Positions 10,809-20,853 of a stretch of DNA of 64,000 bases are shown one piece after another. The first letter of the stretch is position 1. Every line of letters starts with the position of its first letter. The position numbers were made by a program, and so were the translations under genes. Under the pieces are notes generated by a model, which was given only the letters and a program-made list of their open reading frames with translations, did not search any database and had not been told where the DNA came from. This DNA is from a bacterium (GTDB lineage Bacteria > Bacteroidota > Bacteroidia > Bacteroidales > FEN-979), in contig JAZDGR010000050.1 of NCBI GenBank assembly GCA_043806735.1, positions 280 to 64,279 on the forward strand, in the 5' to 3' direction.

Positions 10809-12215
10809 TCAGACTCCGGATCTGGTCAGGTAATCATGCATCGACCGGGCGGCAATGCGTCCGGCACCCATGGCGAGGATCACTGTTGCGGCACCGGTCA
10901 CGATATCACCGCCGGCCCAAACCCGGTCCATGGATGTTTTACCGGTACTTTCGTCCACCACGATGGTGCCTTTGGATGATATTTCCAGTTCCGGTGTAGT
11001 CTGGGGTATGATTGGGTTCGGGCTGTTTCCGATGGCCACAATGCAGGCATCCATCTGCATCCGGAATTCGGATCCATTTACACGGATAGGCCTTCGCCGG
11101 CCGGATTGATCGGGTTCTCCCAGCTCCATTCTGGAGCATTCAATCTCCTGCAACCACCCCTCTACATCGCCAAACAGTTTTTCCGGAAGCGTTAAAAAAT
11201 GAAAGATCACTCCCTCTTCTTCTGCATTCTCAAATTCCTCGAGCCGCGCGGGCAACTCCTGCCGTGACCTGCGGTACACAATGTAAGCTTCCTCCGCGCC
11301 CAGCCGGAGCGCCGTACGCGCACAATCCATAGCCACGTTCCCTCCGCCGACAACGGCAACTTTCTTATGGCGTTTTACCGGGGTGTATGTTTTCGGATAC
11401 TGGAAGCCTCTCATCAGATTTACCCGGGTCAGGTATTCATTCGCTGAATAGACTCCGTTCAGGTTTTCTCCCGGGATCTCCATGAACCAGGGCAATCCGG
11501 CTCCTGTACCCAGAAATACCGCATCGTATTCAGTTAGTATCTTGGAAAGGGATCTGATTTTTCCGACTACATAGTTACAAACCAGTTTAACACCCAACTG
11601 TTGAAGATAATTGATCTCCCTGCTGACAACCTTTCCGGGTAAACGGAATTCCGGGATACCATAAGTGAGAACTCCCCCTGGTTCATGCAGCGCTTCGACC
11701 ATCGTAACCTCATGTCCGGCCAGAATCAGGTCACCGGCAACCGTGATTCCGGCAGGTCCGGATCCGATTACCATCACTCTTTTTCCGGTACTTTTGTTAA
11801 TTTCCGGCAAGTCCATGTGGTCCTGTGAGGCTTCCCATTCTGCGGCAAACCGTTCAAGCCTGCCGATCGCTACCGGTGATCCTTTTTTCCCCAGCACACA
11901 CTTGATCTCACACTGCTCTTCCTGTGGACAAACCCTCCCACAAACTCCCGGAAGGCAATTCTTTTCCTTCAACATTTTAATGGCATGGGTAAAATCTTCC
12001 TCTGCAATGCATTTAATGAACCCGGGAATATTGATCTCTACGGGGCAGCCATCGATGCAGAATGGCTTTTTACATTGCAGGCATCTGCTGGCTTCTTCCA
12101 CGGCCAGTTCAGGAGTGTATCCCAGTGCCACTTCCTGGAAGTTTCTCCGCCGGATATACGGCGGTTGTTTGGGCATCTCGACCCTGATGTAATTCACGGT
12201 TTTCTTTTCTGCCAT
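10809..12215 (-). CDS. nfnB: NfnB / GltD-like NADPH-binding large subunit of NADH-dependent ferredoxin:NADP+ oxidoreductase
   Basis: EASRCLQC...CP, CGRVCPQEEQCE, IGSGPAG, VGGGNVAMD, AGGDIVTGAATVILAMGAG; directly follows an NfnA-like gene. Likely start MAEKK at 12215. Confidence 0.88.
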   Translation of the reverse strand: MAEKKTVNYIRVEMPKQPPYIRRRNFQEVALGYTPELAVEEASRCLQCKKPFCIDGCPVEINIPGFIKCIAEEDFTHAIKMLKEKNCLPGVCGRVCPQEEQCEIKCVLGKKGSPVAIGRLERFAAEWEASQDHMDLPEINKSTGKRVMVIGSGPAGITVAGDLILAGHEVTMVEALHEPGGVLTYGIPEFRLPGKVVSREINYLQQLGVKLVCNYVVGKIRSLSKILTEYDAVFLGTGAGLPWFMEIPGENLNGVYSANEYLTRVNLMRGFQYPKTYTPVKRHKKVAVVGGGNVAMDCARTALRLGAEEAYIVYRRSRQELPARLEEFENAEEEGVIFHFLTLPEKLFGDVEGWLQEIECSRMELGEPDQSGRRRPIRVNGSEFRMQMDACIVAIGNSPNPIIPQTTPELEISSKGTIVVDESTGKTSMDRVWAGGDIVTGAATVILAMGAGRIAARSMHDYLTRSGV

Positions 12216-13047
12216 ATCGGTTTCCTCCACATCCGGAATGATGAACAAGAAATGCTTCTTCGCCTACATATTGTTTTCTCCGTTTTGCCAGTTCTTCCCA
12301 ATCCACATACCTGCCGTCGAAATCAGGACCATCGACACAGGCAAATTTCATCTTTCCATTCACGGTACAGCGGCATACGCCACACATCCCTGTCCCGTCA
12401 ATCATGATCGTGTTCAGGGTAACAATGATGGGAACATCGTAATGAGCATACTCCTGGGTGGTCTTGTACGACAATGTCATACACCCGTTTGCAATTATCC
12501 GGTCGGGTCTGATCCCGGTTTCCCTGATGATATCCTCGCCTTTGTTGATGTGCCCTTTGTAGCCATAACTGCCGTCCCGGGTAAGTTTAATCACTTTATC
12601 ACTGTATTCCGCCAATTTGTCCTCCCAGTAAAGGAGGTTTTTACTTCGTCCTTCCATGATGGTTATCACCACGTTGCCTTTTTTCTTCAACGCTCTGACG
12701 ACCGGGAAAATTGATCCCATCCCGAAACAACCACCAATGCAGATGACAGTGCCAAAACGGTCTATTTTCGTGGGTTTGCCAAGCGGGCCGACCACCGTTG
12801 GAATGGTGTCACCGGCTTTGAGCATGGCCAGTTTCCCAGTGGATGTGCCCACCTCCATGAAAACGATGGTCAACGTTCCCTCTTTATGGTCCCAATCGGC
12901 TGCTGATAAGGGGATTCTTTCAGCCCCTTCGCCGGCATGGACGATGACAAACTGTCCCGGTTGTATCTCTTCAATGACCTCAGGAGCACGAACCACCAGC
13001 AAGTGGAGGTTGGGGACGATCATTTTTCTTTCAACAATCTCAAACAT
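12109..13047 (-). CDS. nfnA: NfnA-like FAD/[2Fe-2S] small subunit (sulfide dehydrogenase/PyrK-like)
   Basis: PGQFVI, ERIPLS, VVGPLG, MIDGTGMCGVCRC...CVDGPDF. Confidence 0.88.
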   Translation of the reverse strand: MFEIVERKMIVPNLHLLVVRAPEVIEEIQPGQFVIVHAGEGAERIPLSAADWDHKEGTLTIVFMEVGTSTGKLAMLKAGDTIPTVVGPLGKPTKIDRFGTVICIGGCFGMGSIFPVVRALKKKGNVVITIMEGRSKNLLYWEDKLAEYSDKVIKLTRDGSYGYKGHINKGEDIIRETGIRPDRIIANGCMTLSYKTTQEYAHYDVPIIVTLNTIMIDGTGMCGVCRCTVNGKMKFACVDGPDFDGRYVDWEELAKRRKQYVGEEAFLVHHSGCGGNRYGRKENRELHQGRDAQTTAVYPAEKLPGSGTGIHS

Positions 13048-15367
13048 GATCCCTCATTATATTTATGTAGCAAGGATTACTTTCGAATTTCAATTTTCCG
13101 TTTGTGGTAGTCAGATAAATGGTTCCCCGGGGGATATTTTTTCTGATTACCGAAGTAGAACTCATTTTCTTTCCTGGAGTAAGAAGTTGTATAGGGTCAC
13201 CCTGCTTAACCCCCAGTTTTTTAGCGTCGAACGGATTGAGTATCACGTTACCGGGTTGAATCAGCTCCCCGAACGCTGAAATATCCCTGCCAAGGTTCGA
13301 ATTGTTATAAACATGCGGATTTTTCTCCTGTATCAATATATAGGGATATTTCTTGCCGGAAGGGGAAGCCTTCTTTGTAACAGCCGTTACAGTTTTACCG
13401 GAATACCTGGGTATTTTCGCCGGACCGGAAATCCACTGTTTCATCTCTCGGGAGGAAAACCCTGCACTCTTTGTCTTCCTGGTTCCGGTCAGAGCAGATA
13501 ATATCTCATTATGGGAACGGGCGTATCCGTGTGGGAGAGCAACCGGCTTGATTTTTTTTATTTTACCGCCGGTGCTAAGATAGGACCCTCCTGCTTCCCC
13601 CCAAAGAGCGGCCGGCAACAGTACATCCGGATATAATCCAGGAGGAACCGGAAAGGCATCCTGGTAAATCATATGTTTCACATCCAGTGTTTCGGTAAAG
13701 GGAGCATCACCAATGAGGTAGAGGGTGTTTATTTTTCCCTCTTTGATTTTCCTGTATATCTCCTCAACCGGTTTCAGGTTGATCAGTGAAAGCAATCCGT
13801 TTAGATTCCCATACGGAGTGGGAATAAAGAGGCTGGAATTGGTCAGCCGGGCAACCTGCTGAATTTTCGTCAACAGTCCGCAGCAATCCGTTAAGGAGAT
13901 GATCTGGGGGCCAACGACGATAACTGACCGTTTTGCTTTTTTCAATGTACCGCTGAGTTCTTTGATCGCCGGCAGGCTGCATTGTCCGTTTTTCATACAG
14001 AGGATCATTTGGTCAAAGTACTCCTCCTCTTTCCCCGGAACCGGAAAAAATCTGTGCCGGGCAAACCGTGATGTAGTGTCGCCAATCCATCCGACCTGAT
14101 AATACGGGATCCCCCTGTCAGCAGCAGACTTGATGGCCAGTGTCAACGGGGCGAAATTATAGTTCCCGTTCAGGAAAAGAGAGAGAACAGCATCGGCTGT
14201 ATTTACCTTTTCCAGTTCCACTGATTGCTTCGCCAGATGAAGATAAGAAAGGAAATGTTCATCCAGGCAGGATGCGGTGAATTCGCTGGTTCGCAATATG
14301 GTTTCTCCAAAAAATTTTGCTGCGTGGATCTCTTCCAGGGTCAGACCGGGGGAAATAAACAAGGCCGAACGTCCGGGGCGGGTACCCTCCAGGATCTCGC
14401 GGGTTTTTTCAAGGGCAAAATCCCAGGTAACAATGCCATACCCTTCCGGATACCGGTATTCTGGTTCGAGGATCCGTTCGGTTCTGTTGACAAGTTCGCT
14501 CAGGCAGAAGCGTCCCTTGACACAAAGATCTCCTCCTGACTCATGAGGTTTACCGGGAGGTACAGTCCCCACGATTTTATCTTTTACGGTCAACGCCTGC
14601 AAATCACAATTCAGGCTGCAAAGCGGGCAGGCTGAAGGGGCATATTTTTCAGGTACTCCCCACCATTTCCTGCTTTTCTCCGACATCGCACCGGTCGGAC
14701 AAACGGAAACACATGCCCCGCAGAACTCACAGTCTGCCTCCACATGTGAGGCATCGAAAGAAGGGCCGATAGTGGTCAACTTCCCCCTTTGTTTTAGGGA
14801 AAGCACAGCGCTTTTCCGGTGCTCATTGCAGATCCGGACACATCGCCCGCAATAAATGCATAAATTATAATCCCTGTCGAAAAACGGATCAAACTTTTCC
14901 AGGGGAATCCCCCGGTAAAGACCGGGTAAGGTAAGCTCATCTATCCCAAATTCGTCGACGATCCGTTGCAGTTCACAGTCGTTATCCTTCGGGCACCATC
15001 TGCAACCGGTGGTTATTCCGACCTTTCTGATGGTCTCCTGGAAGACTTTACACCCTTCAATATCATCACACATCAGGCAGGCCGCGGGGTGTTCGCTAAG
15101 AATTAACTGGATCAACTCCCGGCGCATTTCCTGTAAGACTTTCGTGTTCGTACGAACAATCATTCCCTCCTCTGCCATGGTGGTACAGGAGGTAGGGTAC
15201 CCGTTTCTTCCTTCAATTTCGACCACACATAACCGGCAACCGCCATACGGAGTCAGTTCCGGGTGTGCGCAAAGAGTAGGAATGTCGATGCAATTTTTTC
15301 TGGCTGCATCAAGAATGGTTACGGGTTTGCCCAGGTGGATTTCCCGGTTGTCAATAGTCAGATTCAT
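13040..15367 (-). CDS. NuoG/FdhA-like FeS subunit with a molybdopterin-oxidoreductase fold
   Basis: [2Fe-2S] IPTLC...GGCRLC...SC; HxxxCxxC; CIYCGRCVRIC and CEFCGACVSVCP; CPLCSLNC...LCVKG; degenerate Mo-bisPGD domains. Confidence 0.85.
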   Translation of the reverse strand: MNLTIDNREIHLGKPVTILDAARKNCIDIPTLCAHPELTPYGGCRLCVVEIEGRNGYPTSCTTMAEEGMIVRTNTKVLQEMRRELIQLILSEHPAACLMCDDIEGCKVFQETIRKVGITTGCRWCPKDNDCELQRIVDEFGIDELTLPGLYRGIPLEKFDPFFDRDYNLCIYCGRCVRICNEHRKSAVLSLKQRGKLTTIGPSFDASHVEADCEFCGACVSVCPTGAMSEKSRKWWGVPEKYAPSACPLCSLNCDLQALTVKDKIVGTVPPGKPHESGGDLCVKGRFCLSELVNRTERILEPEYRYPEGYGIVTWDFALEKTREILEGTRPGRSALFISPGLTLEEIHAAKFFGETILRTSEFTASCLDEHFLSYLHLAKQSVELEKVNTADAVLSLFLNGNYNFAPLTLAIKSAADRGIPYYQVGWIGDTTSRFARHRFFPVPGKEEEYFDQMILCMKNGQCSLPAIKELSGTLKKAKRSVIVVGPQIISLTDCCGLLTKIQQVARLTNSSLFIPTPYGNLNGLLSLINLKPVEEIYRKIKEGKINTLYLIGDAPFTETLDVKHMIYQDAFPVPPGLYPDVLLPAALWGEAGGSYLSTGGKIKKIKPVALPHGYARSHNEILSALTGTRKTKSAGFSSREMKQWISGPAKIPRYSGKTVTAVTKKASPSGKKYPYILIQEKNPHVYNNSNLGRDISAFGELIQPGNVILNPFDAKKLGVKQGDPIQLLTPGKKMSSTSVIRKNIPRGTIYLTTTNGKLKFESNPCYINIMRDHV

Positions 15368-17241
15368 TCTTCTTTCCTTGAAGTGATTACGATAGCATTG
15401 CCTGCAATCGCATCAAACCGGCATACATCGTAGCATGCACGGCATTTGATGCATTTTTCTTTATCCAGGTTGTGCGGTTCGGAGCGGGGGCCTATAATCG
15501 CTCCGGTAGGACACACACTGACGCATCGCTGGCACCCGGTACATTTCTCCCTGATCACCGTATATTCTATCAGTGAGGTGCATACGAGAGCCGGGCAGTA
15601 ATATTCGTTCAGATGCTCCACATATTCAGGCCGGAAATAATGGAGGGTGGTGAGAACAGGATTTGGAGCCGTTTGCCCTAACCCGCATAGAGAAGTTGCT
15701 TTTACCAGTTTTGCCAGCGACTCCAGTTTATCCAGGTACTCGGGTTCCGCTTCTCCCTTACATATTTTCTCCAGAATTTCAACCATGTGACGGGTGCCGA
15801 CTCTACAGGGGGTACACTTCCCGCAGGATTCCTTCTGGATAAAATCCAGAAAGTACCTGGCTATATCGACCACACAGGTATCCTGATCCATTACAATTAA
15901 TCCGCCTGAACCCATGATGGAACCGACCGAGGCAAGCGTTTCATAGGTCACCGGGGTATCCAGGAGTTCTTTCGGAACGCATCCTCCCGAAGGGCCCCCT
16001 GTCTGAACCGCTTTAAAGGGTTTTTGTGTTCCGCCGCCGATATCAAAGATAATTTTCCGCAAAGGGGTTCCAAGCGGAACTTCAATCAACCCGGAACGCC
16101 GGATCTTTCCTACGAGAGAAAATGTTTTTGTCCCGAAATTCCCTTCCACTCCATATTGTCTGTACCACTTGGGTCCATTTCTAAGAATATGAGGTATTGT
16201 GCCGAGGGTTTCAACATTATTGATGACGGTGGGCTTTTCATGCAACCCGGAAACAGCAGGAAACGGAGGCCGGGTTCGCGGCATGCCCCGTTTCCCTTCA
16301 ATGGAATGGATCAGTGCTGTTTCCTCCCCGCATACAAAAGCACCCGCTCCCTCTTTAATTGTAATGGAAAAAGAAAAATTCGATCCGAGGATATTCTGTC
16401 CGATTAATCCATATTCTTTTACCTGTTTCAACGCCTGCTGCAACCGCAGGATTGCAAGAGGATACTCCGCTCGGATGTAAATATATCCCTGTGAGGCGCC
16501 AATGGCATAGGCAGCGATCAGCATTCCTTCCAGGAGTGCATGCGGGTCGCTTTCAATCAGCAGACGATTCATAAATGCCCCGGGATCGCCTTCGTCGGCA
16601 TTGCAGATCAGGTATTTCTCGTCAGCCTTGGTATTCCTGCAGGTTCTCCATTTTATGCCGGTCGGAAAGCCTGCTCCCCCTCTTCCACGCAATCCTGCTT
16701 CGGTGATTTCATCGATGATCTCGTCAGGCGATCTTCCCAGGGCCTTCGAAAGTCCCTCATATCCGTTGTTGGCTATGTAATGGTGAATATTTTCCGGGTC
16801 GATCAGACCGCAATTTTTCGTCACGATGCGTACCTGAGGTTTCAGCATGGGCTGATCAAAAAATCTTGGAATGCTGTCGAAAGATTCCGTTCCGAAATGA
16901 CCCAGTACTTTTCCTTTATGACACTCTTTGTCAAGTAAATACTTACGGAGAATTACCTCGGCAAACTTCTCATCGACATTTCCAAAGGAGACCCGTGGAT
17001 TTCCGAAAGCAGAAATATCCATGATCGGTTCGAGGTAGCATGTTCCGATGCATCCCACCTCCACTAACTGGGCCGAAATCTGATTTTTCTTCAGGGTGTT
17101 CAGTATGGCTTGCTTGACTTTATCCGCACCCGCGGCTTTCCCGCAGGAAGCCATCCCCAGATAAATAACAGGCTCTTTTGAAGTGAGTAAAGCATCCCAT
17201 TCTGCTGAACTTTTCTTTTTGAGTTTAGTGAAGTTATTCAT
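15364..17241 (-). CDS. NuoF/HydB-like NADH-binding flavoprotein subunit
   Basis: GLRGRGGAGFPTG, CNADEGDPGAF, GAGAFVCGEET, ESCGKCTPCR, SLCGLG, C-terminal 2x[4Fe-4S]; N-terminal thioredoxin-like FeS domain. Confidence 0.93.
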   Translation of the reverse strand: MNNFTKLKKKSSAEWDALLTSKEPVIYLGMASCGKAAGADKVKQAILNTLKKNQISAQLVEVGCIGTCYLEPIMDISAFGNPRVSFGNVDEKFAEVILRKYLLDKECHKGKVLGHFGTESFDSIPRFFDQPMLKPQVRIVTKNCGLIDPENIHHYIANNGYEGLSKALGRSPDEIIDEITEAGLRGRGGAGFPTGIKWRTCRNTKADEKYLICNADEGDPGAFMNRLLIESDPHALLEGMLIAAYAIGASQGYIYIRAEYPLAILRLQQALKQVKEYGLIGQNILGSNFSFSITIKEGAGAFVCGEETALIHSIEGKRGMPRTRPPFPAVSGLHEKPTVINNVETLGTIPHILRNGPKWYRQYGVEGNFGTKTFSLVGKIRRSGLIEVPLGTPLRKIIFDIGGGTQKPFKAVQTGGPSGGCVPKELLDTPVTYETLASVGSIMGSGGLIVMDQDTCVVDIARYFLDFIQKESCGKCTPCRVGTRHMVEILEKICKGEAEPEYLDKLESLAKLVKATSLCGLGQTAPNPVLTTLHYFRPEYVEHLNEYYCPALVCTSLIEYTVIREKCTGCQRCVSVCPTGAIIGPRSEPHNLDKEKCIKCRACYDVCRFDAIAGNAIVITSRKEE

Positions 17242-17692
17242 ATTTGCCCCACATCTCCTTTAGTTTGATAATATTTACCTTGCTTTGAATGTCATCGTCG
17301 ATCTTCACAACGGGGGCCAATGCACAACATCCAAGGCAGGCAACCCGGTTCAAATCGAATTTTTTATCCGCAGTACATTCTCCGGGTTTGACTTCCAGGT
17401 CTCTTATGCAGGTTTCCAGTAAGGTTTCCCCTCCGTTGACATGGCAGGCGGTCCCCAGGCATATGCTGATAGAATGCCGGCCAGGTTCGGTAAATCGAAA
17501 CTGAGAGTAAAAGGAAGCCACCCCGTATACCTGGCTTTCCGTTAATTTTAAATAACCAGCGATGGTTTCCACGATCTCTTCCGAGATATAACCGCAGGTC
17601 GCCTGGGCCTTTTGAAGGAGCGGAATTAAACTCCCTTCTTCCACCTGACACGATTGAAGAATTTCGGAAAAAGAGGTGTTGGTTAACTCCAT
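17234..17692 (-). CDS. NuoE/HydC-like [2Fe-2S] subunit
   Basis: VASFYSQF, ICLGTACHV, ACLGCCALAPV. Confidence 0.93.
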   Translation of the reverse strand: MELTNTSFSEILQSCQVEEGSLIPLLQKAQATCGYISEEIVETIAGYLKLTESQVYGVASFYSQFRFTEPGRHSISICLGTACHVNGGETLLETCIRDLEVKPGECTADKKFDLNRVACLGCCALAPVVKIDDDIQSKVNIIKLKEMWGKYE

Positions 17693-17714
17693 AACTCTTG
17701 CTATTAGTGGGCAA

Positions 17715-18963
17715 TTAATGTAATAAAATACAGTCAGTCAACTCTGCTTCACCCCGGGCGCAATCCTGGGCAAATGTTTCGCAGGTTGGCGCCCCGCATA
17801 GACCACAGTCATTTTTAGGAAGCTTCTGATAAATTCTCTCTTTTTGTTTCATTCGTTTGATCGAAGTAGCCAGATCTGAGGACTGTGTCCTGGTCGGTCT
17901 TGGCAAGATATGATGTCTCAGGAAATAATATTTTTCCCGGTATTTCTGTATGACCTCCGCTTCGTTGAACGCGATGGGGTCGCCATATCTTTTTTCAAGC
18001 AGGATCGCATTGTGTCTCGATATATATGGATTCTCCACGCAAAAAACTCCTCCGATACATCCTTGCGGGCAGGTAAACGCTTCGATATAATCCACATTTC
18101 TTAATCTTGAATCTTCAATGTCATTAAGTACCATCATAATATTCTCAATCCCGGTGACCGATAGGCATCTTTCCGAATCCAAGAATTGATGGAAATGGCC
18201 TATCACTCCCCATCCTCTGCCGTAAAAGAAATCCTCTTCCGGCACGTGGGGTCTCCGGGTTTCCTGAATCTCTAATATTTCCGGTAAAATGATATTATAA
18301 ATATCGTTTATTGCAATCGCACCATCAAACCAGGACTTTTCTTTTTCGGCAGGCTCTTTTATGGAAACAACCATAGCAGGACAGGGAGAAATATAAATCG
18401 CACCGATTTTGTGGACAGGTATCCCCAGTTTTTTCGCATATTTTTTTTTTGGATTCCTTTGCCGTAATCTCACGCGGAACATCAAACGTGGAGATCAGCT
18501 CCATCAAATTGGGATATTTGACCTGGATCAACCGGATCACAGAGGGGCAGAATGAACTAATAATCGGTTTTATTTCCGGATTCGTCATTAAATGCTGGGA
18601 GATGGCAAACGTCAACTCGTGGCTTAGCAGAGAAATATCTACAACGGCATCAAACCCGACCTTTTTCAAAGCCTGATGTACCAATCCCGGATGAATGGAT
18701 GGGCCGAATTGTGTATATAAAGTACGGGAAGGGATGGCGATCCTGAATGCAAATTTATCAAAGTCACTGATCTCATCGATGACCGGAACAAACACATTTT
18801 CAGGACATACATGTATGCAAGCTCCACAGTCAACGCAAAGGTCATCGTAATAAGTAATTTGACCGTGTCGGAGCCTGATAGCCCGGGTAGGACATGCTCT
18901 GATGCATTTCATCCGACCCGTGCATTTTTCGGAAATAATTACGTGTGAATGAAAAAAGTTCAT
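17715..18963 (-). pseudogene. HfsB-like regulatory protein with an Fe-hydrogenase large-subunit fold, frameshifted in an A10 run
   Basis: N-terminal ferredoxin motifs, SSFCP, ISPCPA, CPQGCIGG, C-terminal LPKNDCGLCGAPTC. ORFs 18325-18963 and 17715-18485 join if one base is removed from T10 at 18441-18450. Confidence 0.8.
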
Positions 18964-19781
18964 TTCACATAAAATATGGTTTCTATGGTCGTCCCCTCAT
19001 TAACTTTGCTGTCAATTTTAAGCTTATCTGAATTTTTCTTTATATTCGGAAGTCCCATCCCGGCTCCGAAACCCAAAGCTCGTTGCTCCTCGGTAGCCGT
19101 CGAATATCCTTCCTTCATGGCCAATTCAATATTCTCAATTCCCTTTCCCTGATCAGCTATTACGATATTAATCTCTTTATCACTTGCTGATAATTTTACA
19201 TCTGCACTTTTGGCGTGCATGACCACGTTCATCTCTGCTTCATAGGTCGAGATAGATACCCTTCTGATCAATTGGGCGTCATACCCGATGGACTTCAGAA
19301 TGGTCTTCACCTGGGTAGACACCATTCCCGCACTGGCAAAGTCTTGTCCGTCAATCCGGAATGCATACGTGGTGACATTCTTGGTTTTTTTGGCTGTTTC
19401 AAAGATATCTTCTCCAGCTGACACCTCACCTTTAATGCTGGCAATGTTCACACAGGATTCATACATGTCGGTGTGCGTAGTCAGTATTATCAACCCTTTT
19501 TCTTTTGCGAATTTTCGAATCTCTTCATCGGGGGTCTTGCTTCTGATGAAAATAATCCCTTTGAATTCAGCCATGTATGCAGAGATAGCTGCCTGTAACG
19601 AATTTAAACCGGTTAGCAGGATGGCACCGGACTGGCCGTATGCCAGCACATCGCTCATCAGGTCTGAGGCATAAATACTTGACACAAACTGCCCGGTATT
19701 ATTGTTCCCAACGATGACCTCAGCCTGTAACGACTCAATGATTTTCTGAATCTCAATGCAATGGTTTTTTTCTTCCGGCAT
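18960..19781 (-). CDS. DRTGG domain fused to an anti-sigma-type Ser/Thr kinase (HATPase_c)
   Basis: ASDLMSDVL N-terminal domain; YEAEMNVVMHA, DQGKGI, EGYSTA, GFGAGMGLPNIKK. Confidence 0.88.
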   Translation of the reverse strand: MPEEKNHCIEIQKIIESLQAEVIVGNNNTGQFVSSIYASDLMSDVLAYGQSGAILLTGLNSLQAAISAYMAEFKGIIFIRSKTPDEEIRKFAKEKGLIILTTHTDMYESCVNIASIKGEVSAGEDIFETAKKTKNVTTYAFRIDGQDFASAGMVSTQVKTILKSIGYDAQLIRRVSISTYEAEMNVVMHAKSADVKLSASDKEINIVIADQGKGIENIELAMKEGYSTATEEQRALGFGAGMGLPNIKKNSDKLKIDSKVNEGTTIETIFYVK

Positions 19782-19796
19782 AGCTCAGACATTCGC

Positions 19797-20126
19797 TCAT
19801 CTCAGGCCTGCCTCAACCAGCTTGCTAGCCAGCTGGAAGCTTGATAACGGACTGCTAAGAATGATCACGTGAAAACGATTGGCAAGTTCGATGGTATCCT
19901 CCGGGACTTTTTTACCGTTAGTTACTACTACAGCGGATATATCGATCAGATTGGCAGCGGAGACGACGTTCTTATGCGTCTGGACCGTCAGCCAGATATT
20001 TCCGGCCTGTGCACTACTCATGACATCTGACAACATATCAGAAATAAAAGCACCTGATATTTCCTTGTCCTCTACGTTGGTGAGTGTAATTAGCGATAGT
20101 TTTTCAATAATTTCCTGAAGCTTCAT
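19797..20126 (-). CDS. Small DRTGG-domain protein (hydrogenase-operon associated)
   Basis: GAFISDMLSDVM, IWLTVQTHKNVV. Confidence 0.85.
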   Translation of the reverse strand: MKLQEIIEKLSLITLTNVEDKEISGAFISDMLSDVMSSAQAGNIWLTVQTHKNVVSAANLIDISAVVVTNGKKVPEDTIELANRFHVIILSSPLSSFQLASKLVEAGLR

Positions 20127-20170
20127 GGTTGATCTTCTTAAATTAATAATTTTACATATTGAGGGTATTT

Positions 20171-20707
20171 TTATTCGGGAGGTGTCAGGGACAACATACC
20201 AACATCCTTAATTACTTCAGCAAAGCAGGTAGATATGCTATCTATTGGCTCAGACGAAACAATTTTAATCCTGGAACGGGAAGATTTTCGTCGCTGGTTA
20301 AAATACTCTTCGAGGATTGAAATTTTCTCGGGACTCAACTGTTTCCGTTCTGATACCGGGAAAAAACCAAAAGCTACGTATACCCAAACACGGTCTTTCT
20401 CAAGCTCTTTCATCAACTTATCGATCGCACATTTCTCATCGCATCCGGTACACATCATCAAACCGGAGAGTTCGTTGAACTGAACAATTTCACCGCATTG
20501 GGTACACTGCAGATCAAATTGAATCGATTGGGCGCTTTCCACGACATTCCAGAAATGTTCGCCTTCGCGATATTCTTCTAACGGAGGGCTTTGATCAAAT
20601 GAGAAATAGGTTGAGGTTTTATTACACCGGAAACAATTCTCGGTAATAATAAAACCGGGTTGAATATGAATCATTTCCCACAGATGCTTACATGTTGTTT
20701 TCTGCAT
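20171..20707 (-). CDS. Cys-rich hypothetical protein
   Basis: 178-aa ORF co-oriented at the head of the redox operon; CFRC, CTQC and CTGCDEKC motifs. Confidence 0.7.
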   Translation of the reverse strand: MQKTTCKHLWEMIHIQPGFIITENCFRCNKTSTYFSFDQSPPLEEYREGEHFWNVVESAQSIQFDLQCTQCGEIVQFNELSGLMMCTGCDEKCAIDKLMKELEKDRVWVYVAFGFFPVSERKQLSPEKISILEEYFNQRRKSSRSRIKIVSSEPIDSISTCFAEVIKDVGMLSLTPPE

Positions 20708-20853
20708 GTCTCAACAGTTAAATTGTACAAATGTATGAAACGAAATGAAAATGTCAAGCACCATTTCTCATAAATAATTTATAAAGGACACGGGATCCTT
20801 GATTCCGGAGTGTAGTGAAGATTATACCCTGGATAGAATGGATAACCGGATCT

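Noticed and set aside
10809..12215. Glutamate synthase small subunit gltD
   Set aside because: No gltB nearby; pairing with an NfnA-like gene indicates NfnAB.
13040..18963. Catalytic bifurcating [FeFe]-hydrogenase or respiratory complex I
   Set aside because: The large subunit lacks H-cluster motifs, the HfsB-like protein has altered ones (SSFCP, SPCPAM), and there are no membrane Nuo subunits.
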